Shown: positions 11,171 to 25,096, numbered from the whole stretch's first letter. The stretch: 63,787 bases of DNA, filler included, from Choristocarpus tenellus KU-1152 (GCA_964200185.2; 14 parts of 14 records of this genome joined end to end with filler, not necessarily neighbours in it); one strand, 5' to 3'. Made by a program: numbers and translations. Notes: generated by a model not told the origin, from the sequence alone.

Positions 11171-13253
11171 CATAGCATATATTACATATATTCGGACCAT
11201 TAGACGTACTTGTGGTTCCAATTTTTTTGAAGAGCATATGTTGTTGGTCTAGCCTTAACCCTAGACCAAACTTTTGAATTACAACTATGCTGATATAGCA
11301 GTTTGCGTTGAGTGACTAGACCCCCGCCCATATTGGTCTCCTCTGAGGGTAAAGCATTATGGTGAGATGTCTAAATTTCATCTCCAAACCTTCGTTTCCT
11401 GACCTCTGGTTCACTCCAACTACTGCAATTCCTCGCTCCCCTGATGAACCGTATGTGTGCCCCCCTCTCCAGGCGGACTCAGACTCCTCAGAAATGAGTG
11501 ACCGAGCGTTGCAGTCACTTGTCGACCGACTAGCAGCTGTTGGTGGAGAATCAGATGCGGAGAAGGATATTCAAAGTTCAACCCAAGACTGCCAGGTGAA
11601 AAATATCGGCAACGGCACCTCACCAAAGTCCCATGTCGATGTAGTCTATCGCTTGCATCCATCATCGGTGGCCTAGTTCTACGTCTGCGATGATATCTTC
11701 ATGTCAACCTTGTTTTCAGTTGCAATAGGAAGACGATTCCACAATGCTGTTGTATACGACGAAACTTCTAACACCTGAAAATCAAGAGCATAACCTGTTA
11801 AAGTTTTGACGTTGTGTTGGCCCTTAGACACTCGCGAAGGATCAAACCCTCCCTGCTCGCTCACACCGCAAAACATCACCACCAGGACGCGATTTCTGTT
11901 CATAGTGCTGCTTCTGCTGAGAGTGCTGCAGATCAAACCGTTGAATCCATCGGTAAGGGGTTCGAGATCCAATATTTTCATCCCTACTTCCATCCTTGAA
12001 CGTATGTATCAGAGTAAGATGAGTGATACTTTCTTTAAGCAACAGTCGCATTGAGCTGCCATAGCCAATCAAATTCTAGCTCATTGTTCTGCTACAGTCA
12101 TATCCAGGACGTTCTTCGTTACCCTCCGATCACAGCATTACATGCAACTGCTGCTGGCTAGCTCTGCTACTTCTTAACACAACCACACCCCTCTGCCTCT
12201 CGTGAAGATGAACTTCTGAATCGTGCAGAAGGGAAGCGACCAAACTGGACTTTGATACCCCTTGCCTCTCTTCATGGTTCGACAAATGGACTCGAATCTC
12301 CTCCTATCAACCCACAACCGTCCTCGTAAGAGCTTCCCTTGAATGAGTATGATGCGTAATGTGACTGTGAATTGTGTCGGCGATGTATGCAGAGTTGTGG
12401 TATTGCTCCTGTCAGACATCATACCTGTATCCAAATGAGGAAATCAACCCAACCTTGAGAGCACAACTGGGTCGATGTGCACTCATCTGTAGGGAACGTA
12501 ATTCTGCCACGTAATTTCAATTGAACTTTGGATCACATGTTTGATATATTTTAAAGGGTGTCAGGTGTATCATATGAACAATAATGGATTGCATGAGCAC
12601 TTCATGCACTCTGCACTATGTTTTGTGATCATAATTATGACATCAGTAGCATATATATCATGACTGGATGTGACACTAATGTCACTATTTTGACATTTCT
12701 GATGGTAATATTGTTACTAACAAGATTTTAATAATAACCTGTATCACATGATTTCTCCACAAGCAGAGTAAGAATGTTGTTTCTCCTGTAACTGATTGAC
12801 AACCAAAATATAGGACCAATTGTGCTCTATAGTGTAGGTGCTGGTGTTGTACCTAACCATAACATAAGGTGGAGTAATGCTTGGCAACGTTTACTTCAAG
12901 GGCATACAAAATGTACATGGTGTAACCTGAAATTTGTACATGCTACGTATTGCAAGGAGCACATCATGCAAAGGGATAGTAGACTTTCACTAAATGTAAC
13001 TGATGGGTGCTTTGTTACCCACTTGAATGTTACTGATATAGGCTGTAGTTGAGCAACATGCACTTACCCTCTAATGAAGTACCACATTACTACTCTCCTG
13101 TCTTTGCACCTGATTGACACAAATAATTTTTTTGAAATCTAAACCTTGGCCCTAGTAGAAATTTTCACACTTATTGCCCTCCACCCACATACCAGTCCAC
13201 AAGTTCCATCTCCTGCATGTGTGTGTGTGTGTGTCCTGCACTCTTCTGTTTAG

Positions 13254-14030
13254 GATTAGTACTCCATCTCGTGGTGAAAGTGGTAGCCTTGATGGTTTGG
13301 AAGCTGTCCTTGCATCTATGAGCCCAGATAAGAGTGGTACTTCCTGTATTGAGAGGACTAAGCGGGACACTGTGAGGGATGTGATGGTTGTGGACAGTGA
13401 TGGGTATGAAGGAGACATTGGGGATGTTGCCAACCGCTCAACTGATGCCCGTCTGTTGCCTAGGGTGCCAGTACTTGTTACTGATGTCTCTTCCAAGGTA
13501 AGATATGTACAAATGCGATGTCTCTTGTTTTGTTTGTACCCACCATGTGGGTAGCTCCAGGAGCTGACTTGGTGTTAATAGGAAGTTTTCACTGCAGCAT
13601 GTAGATGGGAGTGATAAAATACCCTGGCGTTGACCAATAAATACATTGATGTGGCTACCTTGCATCAATATGAAAAAGTGCCCGCTCTCTTACTGGCATA
13701 TCCCAGTAGATATACCCCTTAAAGTTCCCTCTTTGTGTCACATCCCCTGGTGTCATATTTGCTTGCTTGTGTGTGTGATTTATGTGTGGCTTATGTGTGG
13801 TTTATGTATGGTGTGTTTGAGGCTTGGTGTATGCACAGGATGGAGCTGAGGAGGCTGATGATGAGGGGACCAGCAAATTTAGTAAGATTAGCAAGACACC
13901 AACATACCCCAAACAAATGGCAAGCCTTGAGCAGACACTTGCTGGGGGATCAACCTCGGGGTTGGGGACAATTTTTGGAAGAAGTGGAGGGGATGATGCC
14001 ATTGCCAACCGATGGGAGAGCATCAATGAG
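13254..14030 (+). CDS. Two phase-compatible exons (13254-13497, 13839-14030) of an unknown protein
   Basis: tttag|G...AAG|gtaaga and cacag|GAT...GAG|gtgtgc join in phase 0 (..TDVSSK|DGAEEADDEG..WESINE). Further small exons near 14158 and 14636 are uncertain. Confidence 0.55.
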
Positions 14031-16809
14031 GTGTGCCACTTGTGTATCAATGTGCCACTTGTGTACAGCCCTGCACTGTGTGCTATGTTGTGCTACATGT
14101 GTAGTTGTGCATTTTTATATTTTTTAATGCTTTGCATGAGAGAGACCTTTGCTTCAGGGTGACGACCACAACATACTGCCTGGGTAGGTTACGACTTTCC
14201 AAGTACTGCATTATTCCTTCTCTCTTTTTAGTAGTCCATCAATCTGATCTTTTTGAACCTCTGGTCAGACGTGCTGCTCCTACATAGCCTGCTACAACAA
14301 CAACCATCTTATCTGGCATACCTCTACATCCGTTACTTCTTGTGTGTTGGGTTCAACCTCTACACTACTTGCCAATCACTTGCCAATCACCTTCTCACTC
14401 AAATTTTGTGCTTACTCTCACAATGACATCAGCCTGTATCAGTCTGTAAGGGCAAAACACCACTAGGTTTGCAGGGTACTGTTTCAGTATACAGCCTTCG
14501 ATGATTTTAGCTACTAGGTTACTGTGGAGGACTCTTCCAATTATTCTTTATCTTTTCATTATTAAATTTATTATTATTATTTTACTGTTATTATCTTACT
14601 AGTACTACTTTTACTGTCATCTGACTGATGCTCAGCAAAAAAGTGCTTGGTCCATCACACTGCCGTGTTTTGAAGGACTGGGTGAGTGTCACATGGCAAA
14701 GTCTGTCCATAACCTAACCAACTGGGGGAGGGGCTCTACCTGAGGAGGAAACACATCATCAAGCTCTTGTCTTGTTTAATTTACCTTTGTATTTAAGAAA
14801 GGGCCTTACCCCTTGCCTTTCTTTACTTGTGACATGGAATTGTTTCGGGGGGGGGGTTGCAGCAAGATCCTCTTGGGTGCTTGAACTAAACCACACACAC
14901 GTGTCTGGTACAGTCCATACCCTCCATACAGGTAATCGGAACAAGCAATCATATTCCATAGTCAATTCATCTCGTCAAAACCAATCAAAACCAATTGTCC
15001 TTAGTGGGTCACAAATCCTCCCAAAAAGATGTGATTTGTATCATTTGTCAACTGCAGATTGCAGATTTTGCAGTGCTTGTCATATTTGAAAGTCCTTGAC
15101 TGTATGGACTTATATTGCTTCATCTACAAGAGATAATTCCCTGCAACACCCTGAAAACCAAATTTTCCTGTTGCCTTGGCTTACTCCCTCCCTCCCCCCC
15201 CTCCCCCCCCCCCCCCCCCCTTTATTTCTTTTTTTGTGTTTCTTTTCTCCCCCAAAAACAAANNNNNNNNNNNNNNNNNNNNNNNNNNNNNNNNNNNNNN
15301 NNNNNNTTAATTAATTAANNNNNNNNNNNNNNNNNNNNNNNNNNNNNNNNNNNNNNNNNNNNAGTGGTGGGGGGTTAAGGGCGTTTTTTTTTTTTCGTCC
15401 GCGCACTTTTGGTTTTGGGGGGGGGGGGGGGGGGAGGGGAGTGCTGTGTCTAGCTTCTGGTTTTTCCTCGGACATATACAAGAAAGATCTTGCGAACAGT
15501 GCAGTGACCTCAACAGATACTTTGGGGGAGTCTTTTTCTTCACTGTTTTACACCCCAACCTTGCATACAACAGAATCGCTTGCACTGGGTTACATCTTCT
15601 GTTACACGCACCAATTTAAGTTGAGGTGTCAAATGCCATCAACATCTTGCCATGTGATACTTCCAACCAGATCATTTGCTCCAAATCGAACGGGGCTCAG
15701 ATGAAAATAATTCATTGAGATCATCACTCACTTTTATATGGTTGGATGAATAAGTCGGGGCCTTCTTTGGCCACATTGTCCTGATAAATCAATATATATA
15801 TTTTAACAGCTGCAATCAATATGATAAGTTCGCCTCCAAATCTGGAGACTGTGTTGCTACAGGGCAGGAATGGACTGACCTGATGTTTAGGGTGCTCTTA
15901 TCACCTACTATAATTGCTACAGTTTACCACAAACGAATGCTACTAACGTGTACTTCGTATACACTTGTGCATAGATCGAGAGTACTGACCTCAACAAGCA
16001 ACCACCCCAACCAAAAACATCTTCTGTGCACATGAGAAGCTGTGCATGTCAGATGAATACAAATGGGTGTGCACAAATGGCCTACTATATAAATTGTGGT
16101 GCCTTTCCATTTCCTGTGTGAGTTGTACCCTCTATTGTGTTGCTGCGACCTTGTCAATGCCACGGTTGCGATTCTTTTCTTCCTGAATGGTTGATACTGC
16201 ATCCTTCTCATCAAAACATGTATCGCTTTAGAATTGTGATTCCCAACCTGTCAAAGTTTCACACCATACACTCTACTTGCCAACTAAACAACCAGTCCAA
16301 GTATCACACCTCTGGTTCCACCTACACATCTGATACTTGGCTAGCCACTTCCTCATTTTGACAGTGACGAATTCATACACCTCCTTGTGTTACAGCCTAT
16401 CTACCTCTTAATAAACATTCAGATGTATTATTATTACGATTTCCAAAGCATTTCCGAAGCATAGATGAAGAAAACACATCCCCACTCCCTTAATCAAGCT
16501 GGTCTTCTTAATCTGTCCAATACATTTGGTTGAGTCCTGGCAGCCTGTGAATTGTGAAACTCTGCCCTGTCATGCTATGCATCCTGAGGTTCACCCCTGA
16601 GAAATGTAAGTAGGGTATAGAATAGGTCAACAGTGAGAGAGATAATACAACAGAAAAAAGTGAGGATTGTATGTATACACAAGACTCCAGGCCATAACTT
16701 CGTTTCACTTCACTGAAGTATGCAACAATGATGCTTCCTTGGCTATCTGGAACTTGCATTGAGTATCTCGTCCATTGTTGACATTCCAAGCACACCACCT
16801 ATAAATACT

Positions 16810-17292
16810 TCACCTTATGAAATTGAACCCCTCAAGCTCCCCTTCAAAGAAAACAGGGCTATCCCCATTCATGTCCAGATCATTGCCCCAGAAAACTGTC
16901 TGGCTGCTCAAATATAGGAATGCAGAGGGAATGTTTAAGGGATTGAAACTTCAATGTAAGGAAGAAATATTGGCTTTCCACATTGTGACATCTGACACTT
17001 GGCTTTCAAGGCAGGTGGGTTACAAAGATCAAACAAATCTACCAGCACATGTAGCCCATGTAGCAAAATTTGATCATCCTATTTCAGGCAGGTATTGTAT
17101 CGTTTCTTACCTGGTGAAGTCCTCATCAAAGTTGTTCACAAGGTCTTTCCCAGGATCATCAGGAAGGACAGGTGGGACTGTTTTTTTCTGAGCAAGCTCT
17201 TCCCAGTCTGTATTTGCAAAGAAGCCGTCCTTCTTCACACTCTCCCACCCTTGATTTTCTGGACCGCATCCCAGACGTCGAGCATCCGTCAC
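16810..17292 (-). CDS. AGC-family Ser/Thr kinase, last two exons (17111-17292, 16810-16903)
   Basis: VTDARRLGCG...GFFANTDWEEL..KKTVPPVLP...NNFDEDFT|SQ...ELEGFNFIR*: RLG, F..DW..L, PP, NFD..FT and hydrophobic-motif elements of the AGC C-tail; canonical splice sites with a phase-2 join. Confidence 0.9.
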
Positions 17293-17661
17293 CTGGATCA
17301 TTCCATTCCACATACGCAGCGAATGTGATAGACAATTCAGTCCACAAGCCTGATGGTAAAATTGACTGCCTTGCCTTGGAAACCTCCACCTTGTTGACCA
17401 CAGATAACACAGAAGGGACACATCCACAAAGCAGACATTGTCCAGCACTTACTTACCTCTCTTTTAAGTATCTTATGGGTCCACCACTCTCAGAAATCTC
17501 AGTGGTGATCCAAACATAATGTGTTTATTTGCTTAAACAAGTCACCCAGTAGCAACATTGCTTTTGATAGAACAAGGGTATAGTATCAAAGACTTCGACA
17601 GATCTGAACATGGCAATCAAAAATTTAGCTTGTCAAGTGAACTCAGTTGTGTACATACATA

Positions 17662-17947
17662 TGCAAAAGAGAGCTACTCAATTAGAGTATTTTGCTTTGT
17701 GTGGTATGGATATGTTTATTAGCGGAGTGAGCACAGCCCTCAGTGGTGGGAGGTGGTGCTCTCCATTGTTATCTAATTAATTCGCCATCAAACACGTCAG
17801 AGATATGTTTAAACATGTTTGTGATAGTTACACTACGTCAGTCACTTATAAGTTCAAGTTACACTACGTCAGTCGCTTATGAGTTCAGTTACATTACTTC
17901 ATTCACTTTTATACTATAAACCATATAGACTATTAGTCTATATTGCA
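17662..17947 (+). repeat. Dispersed ~286-bp repeat, TG...CA bounded (solo-LTR-like), copy 1
   Basis: Reverse-complement match to 48999-49256; internal ~31-bp tandem duplication in this copy; terminal palindrome ATATAGACTAtTAGTCTATAT; no TSD found. Confidence 0.8.
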
Positions 17948-19124
17948 CACTCCCCCATGAGCGTGCAGCAAAGTTGCTGACAAAGNNNNNNNNNNNNNNN
18001 NNNNNNNNNNNNNNNNNNNNNNNNNNNNNTTAATTAATTAANNNNNNNNNNNNNNNNNNNNNNNNNNNNNNNNNNNNNNNNNNNNCTTTGGAAATAAACA
18101 GTGTCCTGTCCCTTCTAGGCCTACACCACTAACACAGAGAAAGGGTGCCAGGAATGGGGGGTTGGGGGAGGGATATCTGTTGGGTATTGCTTGGTTTTCT
18201 CCTACAGCAGTGCTTCTTTCTCACTTTCAAGTCAAATTGCAAAGATAGTCAAGTCAAGTCAAGTCAAGTCATGTCAAAATCTTACACAGCAAGCAAAAAG
18301 AAGCTCAAGAACACAATACGTTCATGTGACAAACACTCCCAACCGATAAAAGCTTATCATTCAACATGCACCTATCTCTTGTCTACCACTCACTGCCATT
18401 TCCTATAATAAAAAGAAACATAGTACTTCCACTCAGTTGACACATTTCCTATAATAAAAAGAAACAGAGAGGCGGTACTCAAAGTCAGGAGGACTTGCCA
18501 TGTATCACACAAAACCACCCCCTACACGGGTCAACCAAGGTCAATCAAGAAACACACCGCCTTCAAAAGGTGATGATTTCCGTTACACCTCATTCCTCTC
18601 TCGAGCACAATCAAAGAAAAGCGCACCAGGGGATACATCACAGGGGTTCATATCACAAAATTTCCAGAAAAGTTTAGTAGAAGTAAGAGTGCATGACTTT
18701 CCACCGAAACGAGTATACAGAAGGAAGCATAACGCCTACATACATACATTCGCCCCATAACCAGCAGGGGTCCCCCCAAAATGTGTTGCACTGGTGCATG
18801 GGTGATCTAATGATCTAAATACGAACAACAACGAAAACCAGAGTAGGCAAGGGAAGGCAAGGCAAGGCAAGGCCAAGGGTCCCTCCTCTATTAACAACTT
18901 GGACCACAAATGTGGCAGGACTTTAACTTTCTTTCTACTGCAACTGTCAACAGCCCATTCTACAACCCACCAAAAAATCGTTATTAAAATTTCAAGGACC
19001 CAGTGTCACGTGTGGAATCTCCCTGGGGTCCCAGAGTCCAAGCACAGCCGTGTCGTCTCCCTGCCCAGAGCCACACATGGCACACACACAACGCCTGATC
19101 ATCACACACACACTCTGATTCCAA

Positions 19125-21657
19125 CTAGCAGTTCAATCGATCATCAGCAGGTGACATGCTGACCACAGTCACATTGGTTGCATGTCGCATTGTGTTGCTC
19201 TTCCTAGTCCTACCACACTCTTCCCCAGGAAACAAAGCCTTCACCAACACGGGGTTCATGTCGTCTCCTCCCCCTCCTCCATTTCCATTTCCATTTCCAT
19301 TTCCCTTCCCTTCCACACCAAGTGCAAGCTCTACCCCCTCCCCCCCACTTTCAGACACCTTGTCAAGTGTGAGTTCATTGTGATGGGCCCGGTGCGACAG
19401 GTACACATTCCAAAACACTCCCGCAAACGCACTAACTGCCGGGCGGTTCATGACAGGGACGTATCGTGAGGAGAAGAGCCCAACAAAAGGCCAGTAACAG
19501 ATTCCTGCCTTGAGAGTGGGCACCAAGTCTTGGTCTAGCCTATGTTGCACGTCAACGGCACCCTTGCCTTCAAGCAGGGTCAGAGCAGTAAACTGTGCTG
19601 CCACCTGAAGACCACAATGGGTAGGGGTTCGTTCAATTAGGAGTGTGGTGTCTCTGTATGTGTGTGTATGTTTGATTGTTTGAGTAATTAAGAACAAAGA
19701 GAGTGATCCAAGGACCTAAGTTGTGTACAGGCTACAAAATACAACATCAACAGTATTAACGACCTTGATGAGTGGTGTGGTTATAAACCATCAAATATTA
19801 AAAAAAAATCAACGAAATTGCGTCAAGGAAGCACAGGTCAGCTCAACATTGAAGTTTCAAATTTGAAATTTTTCAAACACTCGCACGTGCACACACACTT
19901 CCTGCTGAGATTTAATAATACGATCCTTGGGACCAAATGGGAGTGGGTGGAGGGTGGGGTGGGGGGTGAGCTTCATGTTTGAGAATGCAGTAAGGAAAAG
20001 CTGTACCAGCAGGTTCTGGATCCAATGCTCGCATCAAAGTGAAAAAAATAATCTATTTCTCAAACCTTGCCGTTTTCTGACAGTTCAGTTTTTGAACAGC
20101 AAACTCAGCGCATAGCTTATAATTGCAACAAATGTAGAGGTTACTCACCCACATTTGAAAAGAACTTGGTATGTTCAGTGTTCATCATCCCAAAATGAAA
20201 CATGTTCTTAATTCAATGAAGATGACTCAGGAAGGAGGCATTGAAGCAGTCCCCCCCCAAAAAATGTACTGGCACGAAAATTTCTGATTATTTATTGACT
20301 TTGCAAAAGCACTGGCTCCAACAGTTCATGCAAAACTAACTGTACTGATTTTCCCTTAGTACTGGAGATGAAGTCCATGAGGCACAAGTAATCATTCAAT
20401 CTGACTGAAAAATGCATGTTGTAACCCCACATGAGTGTCACCCTACATGAGTGCACAGTAACTAAGGAAACTTTGTTGCAATCTCAAATAGCTTGACTGT
20501 TTGTTTGGAAGACATTTCGCCCTCAGAACTTGTGAAAAGTGGGTTAGAATTTCAACAAAATGCCAGGTTAGTTAAAAACAAAAGTCGGAAGTGCGCCTAC
20601 ACTGGTTTCAAGTCTTGAAACACATGAGCCCTGAGTAGAAGAATACTTGTAAAGCAACTGAAGATACAAAAATAAACCATTACGTTATGCGGCAAGTTGA
20701 GACATGAAAGTACGTGCGGGACCTTGCCTAAATAGTCGCGCAACTCAATGAAGAGTGGCTTGAGGGTAGACCGATTTGTCCCACTCCTGTTCACAATTAG
20801 TTGTACCGCAGAAAAGGCCATCGGTAATTTAGATACTTGGTGAAGTCTTTCCTGATCATGTTTTAAAAAAAGAAAAACAACTACTAAGCTGTGGAGCAAA
20901 GAGGTGACACTAACACGAGGCTATCATAATTTGAACAAAGGACCCTCAGGAACAGGTTGGGTGACCGGTCTGGATCTCTCGCCAGGACGATAGGATCGCA
21001 AAAGTTGGAAAGGGGATATAAAACTAGCAGCACAGCCAAACATCTTAAGTGTTTTTTAAGGCAGTACAAGCGAAAGAACGGCGCTTACCATAGGAGCCAT
21101 ACAGACAATTTGGACACCGAGCTTCCCACACAAAGCCTTCCAAGATGCACCGGGGAAAAATCCCTCGGCGAGGAGGTTCCAGCTGAAGCTCATGGGTGTC
21201 ACCACAAATGCGCCTGTAATTCCCATTCGTAGAGTTCGGTCACTATCCCACCTGAGCCCACTAGCCATCTTATCATACTCTTCCACCCCTTGGCACACCA
21301 AATCTCCTGTAGAGAAGTTTACGAAGGGAAGCATAGGTTACACGCAACAACACCACGTTGTAGGCATTCCTGACCGAAACTACCCCTCAGCAATGGGCTC
21401 CACCACAAGCTTGGCGGAACAAGAATAGGAAGTGCAGTACACGATCAGTGCACCAGGAGCTTGAACGTTAGGCATAAGGAAGATGCAATTACAACTTACG
21501 AACGGCAAGTTGGACAGTGATACAAGTGGTTAAATGTGTGCGTTTGCTAGTTTCCCACAAGAAATAGAATGTCCACGGCACGTTTATACACACCTAAAGA
21601 CATAGCGCCAGCCACAGCGGTGGCATTTTTCAGAACACGCGTAGGACTCTTTCCCAT
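19125..21657 (-). CDS. MPV17: Mpv17/PMP22 family membrane protein; exons 21594-21657, 21089-21306, 19125-19604
   Basis: MGKSPTRVLKNATAVAGAMSL|GDLVCQ...WDSDRTLRMGITG...KLGVQIVCMAPM|VAAQFTALTLLEG...TLKAGICYWPFVGLFSSRYVP...VFWNVYLS; family motifs present, splice phases consistent. The symbol denotes the family; orthology not established. Confidence 0.9.
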
Positions 21658-22072
21658 CACAAGTTCCACTAGATGGAAATAACTAGGGGTAGGCGATGGA
21701 GGAGGGCTATCCACTACAACACAGACTAATTGGACCCTTCCACAGTAATAGAGGACAACAGAAGGGCAGAATTTCTACTTGTTCCAGAAGATGCTTGCTC
21801 TCAGGCAGCTCCACAAGGCTGGGGGGGGATTGCGTACAAAGTATTAGAAGCGAAGGATGTGTGATTCGTGCAAGTTTACTTTGTAAGTAACTTGATGATG
21901 TCACCATTTTTCAATTTTTGAAACGCCATACTGTAAAAGCCCTCCTTCCATAATAAAAACCTTGATCATAGGTGTACCATATACACAGATATGCACGACC
22001 CTCCCTTGGGCACATTGATGGAGGTAAGTTAGCTAATATCTCCAAGACTTTTTGTAAAATTTGTGACATGCA
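21658..22072. promoter_or_regulatory. Putative bidirectional promoter between the MPV17-family gene and PHAX
   Basis: Divergent start codons at 21657 (-) and 22073 (+) with 415 nt between them; position-based inference. Confidence 0.5.
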
Positions 22073-23403
22073 ATGACTGCCTTCGGTGAAGATGAGATAG
22101 ACTTCGGTGGAGACGAAGATGATCAGGTGAGTGTGGAGAAGATGCGTTTAGATTTTTGAATTTGAGTGGGTTGTCTCGAGTCCTTTTGAGTAAAAAAGGT
22201 GGATGACTAAGGTGTTGGGGGATTTTTCCCGCTTCCAATATATAGTACCATCAATCGATGTTTGGCAATCACTTCTTCTCTCCAGGATTACTTGTCCGGA
22301 CAACTGGCAGCTCTGGGTATCGACGAGGATAGAGAGCTTTCTGATGGAGAGGAAGGGACGTATCCATCTGATAAAGTAACTGAGGTGAAAAAGATGGACG
22401 AGGATAACCCTTTGGAGAAAATGAATGGACCGGTTGAAGTTAATCCCTTGCAAGAAAAATGTTCGTCCCAGGCTCAACCCTCTACTGCGAGAGGCGATAA
22501 TGAGACACTATTGAAAGGATGCAAGGAGGACGGAGAACTTTTGGACATGCTGAACAACCCCCTGAGCACCCCTCGGCGGCCGGAGAAAAATGTATCTCTA
22601 GTCGAAAAGAAGAAAACGAGTTCCCGCCGTCGAAAGAAGGCAATGACCATAAGAGAATGTGCGAAGTGGGCGTGTAACATCTTGGACGAGCCGAAATACT
22701 ATCTCATGTGCCAGGTGGTTGCAGCAATTGGTTACAACAAGACCAAGGGAATCCTCAAGCGTGTCAGTGAAGTGCAGGTACAGAGAGGGAAATGGGATGT
22801 GGATAGTGTTAGTCGGTATCCTGAGTATTGTTTGCTTTGTATTTCCTATTAGTGGATATGGACCTGTGTAATTTTTTTCAAGATTTTCTGCGTAGGCATA
22901 TATGCCTTATATCCAGTGGCCATACCAAAACCTACACATGGCGAGCAAGCAATCTCGTACCTTCCCACTCCTACATGTACCCCACCCACTAATTCATTTT
23001 CCAATACTCCATCAAATACTGGGAAATCTGTTACACGACACTGCACACAACGTGTTCACAAAACAACAATGAATGTGGAGAACAGAAGTCTGGAGGGATG
23101 TTAACGGCAGACAAGCAACGGAAACGTTCCAAGGGAGGTGTGTTCTTTACCATTCTGAAGGAGTATGTTGAACCAAAAGCTCTCAAGGAGATATACGCAG
23201 ATGATAATCGAGTCAAGAAGGAAGCATACAGAGCAAAGCAGGCCTTGAAGCGCAAAGCTGAGGGATTGCCCCAACGGGGTGAATACCGTGCTGAAATGGG
23301 CCAAAAATATGGCCTTCAAGAGAGAGAAGCGTATGGTAGGGGTAGGGGTGAAGGGGATAGGGGAGAAAAGAGGGTGCGCTCGAGTGAACCACCCCCTTGC
23401 TAA
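22073..23403 (+). CDS. PHAX: PHAX RNA-binding-domain protein (snRNA export adaptor); exons 22073-22126, 22286-22777, 23086-23403
   Basis: ACNILDEPKYYLMCQVVAAIG...VSEVQ|KSGGMLTADKQRKRSKGGVFFTILKE matches the PHAX RBD signature (L.E....L...V..IG...GG....DG.RRRTPGGVF..LLK); all joins phase 0 with GT-AG. Confidence 0.88.
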
Positions 23404-25096
23404 GGCGCTGTATTGAGTGTTGATGTCTCTTGTGAAGGGGTGGGCTATCTTGGCTGGGCGATGACATCATTTCAACAATGATAGATATTTGTGTCTCTAG
23501 TGATGTTTATTTGGAGGGCCTAGCTGACACAATGCGCAGTGTTTTATTTATGTGCTAGTTTCTTGTGTATTGCTTTGTGTGATATATATGGAATGCTCAG
23601 TGTGTATCTTGTACCTTCCTACTCCTTAGTATTTCCATTGTTATAGCTGATTCTCTCTCTTCCTTCTCAATCAGTGATGGTCCGGCTTTGGTTGTTCTTA
23701 ACTGTCTGTGATCGTGTTTTTTGCCCTTGCCTGTGGAAGTACTGTAAACAGTTCAAGGTAGTCACCCTTTTGAAATGACATCAAGCAAGGTGATTGTGGA
23801 TGTGGTCTAGGAAAGACGTGCGTGTGTGTTCTGCTAGACATGCAGTAAACTTTTCCTGTGCTAATATTTTTGTTAGCACGCCTGGTAGGTGATAATAGTT
23901 CTGCAAAACTGATTCCCTTCCTCATACATCTCTAGAGGTGTACCTCTTCTCAGCCCATATACCCCACTGACAGTCTGTCCCACTCCTATATCTCATTCTT
24001 CCCCCTATTGTTAAATTTTGCATGCAAAGAACAATACTGTCTTGTCTGTGCCTCTTGAGCACCTCCCCCCCCCCCCCCCCCTCCCCCCCCCCCCCCTCCC
24101 CTCCTCTCGCGTCGTTGCCTGGCATTTTTCTGTTNNNNNNNNNNCCTCCCCCCCCCCCCTTTTCTGCCACCCCCTCACCATCTCTGGAGGTTTTGTGGTG
24201 AGATCATTAAGATCACACCTGAAATGATCTAAAAAGAACCTTGAAGCATGCCATTCTAAAGGCAATCGACCCCATAAAGGTAACCAGGTCCCATCTTGCC
24301 TCATCTATGATGTGAAAGGCAACACCTGCAATACCATTCTTGGCTTCCAAATAATGCTTGTTTTGCTGGGTATCCCATTGGGTTGGGTAATGCAATCCCT
24401 CCAACCCCTCTTCCTTCTCCTACCTGTCGATAGTCACGTTTTTGGGGTCATCATATCATATCTTTGAGTTTCAAAACATGCGATCTGACAAACACAACGA
24501 TTCTTCATCAGGTTCACAGTGCAATTTTGGTAATTCCTAAACTATCAACCCACTTCTTGGGGACTCTGTCTCATGCAGTCCAGTATTAACACTTTAGTAT
24601 CTCGGGGCATGGGCACTTGGGAGCATGCATCAATCTGTAGTGGATCCTGCAAAATACGTGTGTACCCAAACTCCACTGGTTTTGTGATGTTCAGTTGTGA
24701 ACCAGAGCAGTAATGTATCTATTCAGTGTCTCTGATTATGACAATATGATTATGATTATGATTATGATGGCAGCACCATGCAAATTGGTACTCTCAGAAG
24801 AACAGACGGCCACCCCTATTGACCTGTCTTCCCTAAAAAGAGACTTCACAACCCTTCCAAACACAATTTCTGATTGGAATGAAATCTTCATAATGTCAAA
24901 AAACAATACCACCCCCCCAGCTTGAAGCTTGAATCCCTCTTCCTCTTTTACCACCTTCCACCGTCAAAGTCAAGCTAGTCACACATCAACATCAACCCTC
25001 CTATTTCTCCCTCTCTCATCACTGTCTGCTACACTTACTATCCTATCTGCAAAACGGTAAAAGGAGTACGTCACAACCATAGAGCCATAAGATCGA

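Noticed and set aside
11359-12434. Cluster of short ORFs suggesting a decayed gag or gene (also 39489-41200 and 54900-56700)
   Set aside because: No motif recognised in any frame; cannot be assigned without a search.
23870-24960. Minus-strand exon-like ORFs downstream of RPB2
   Set aside because: No recognisable domain or consistent exon chain; likely RPB2 3' UTR or intergenic sequence.
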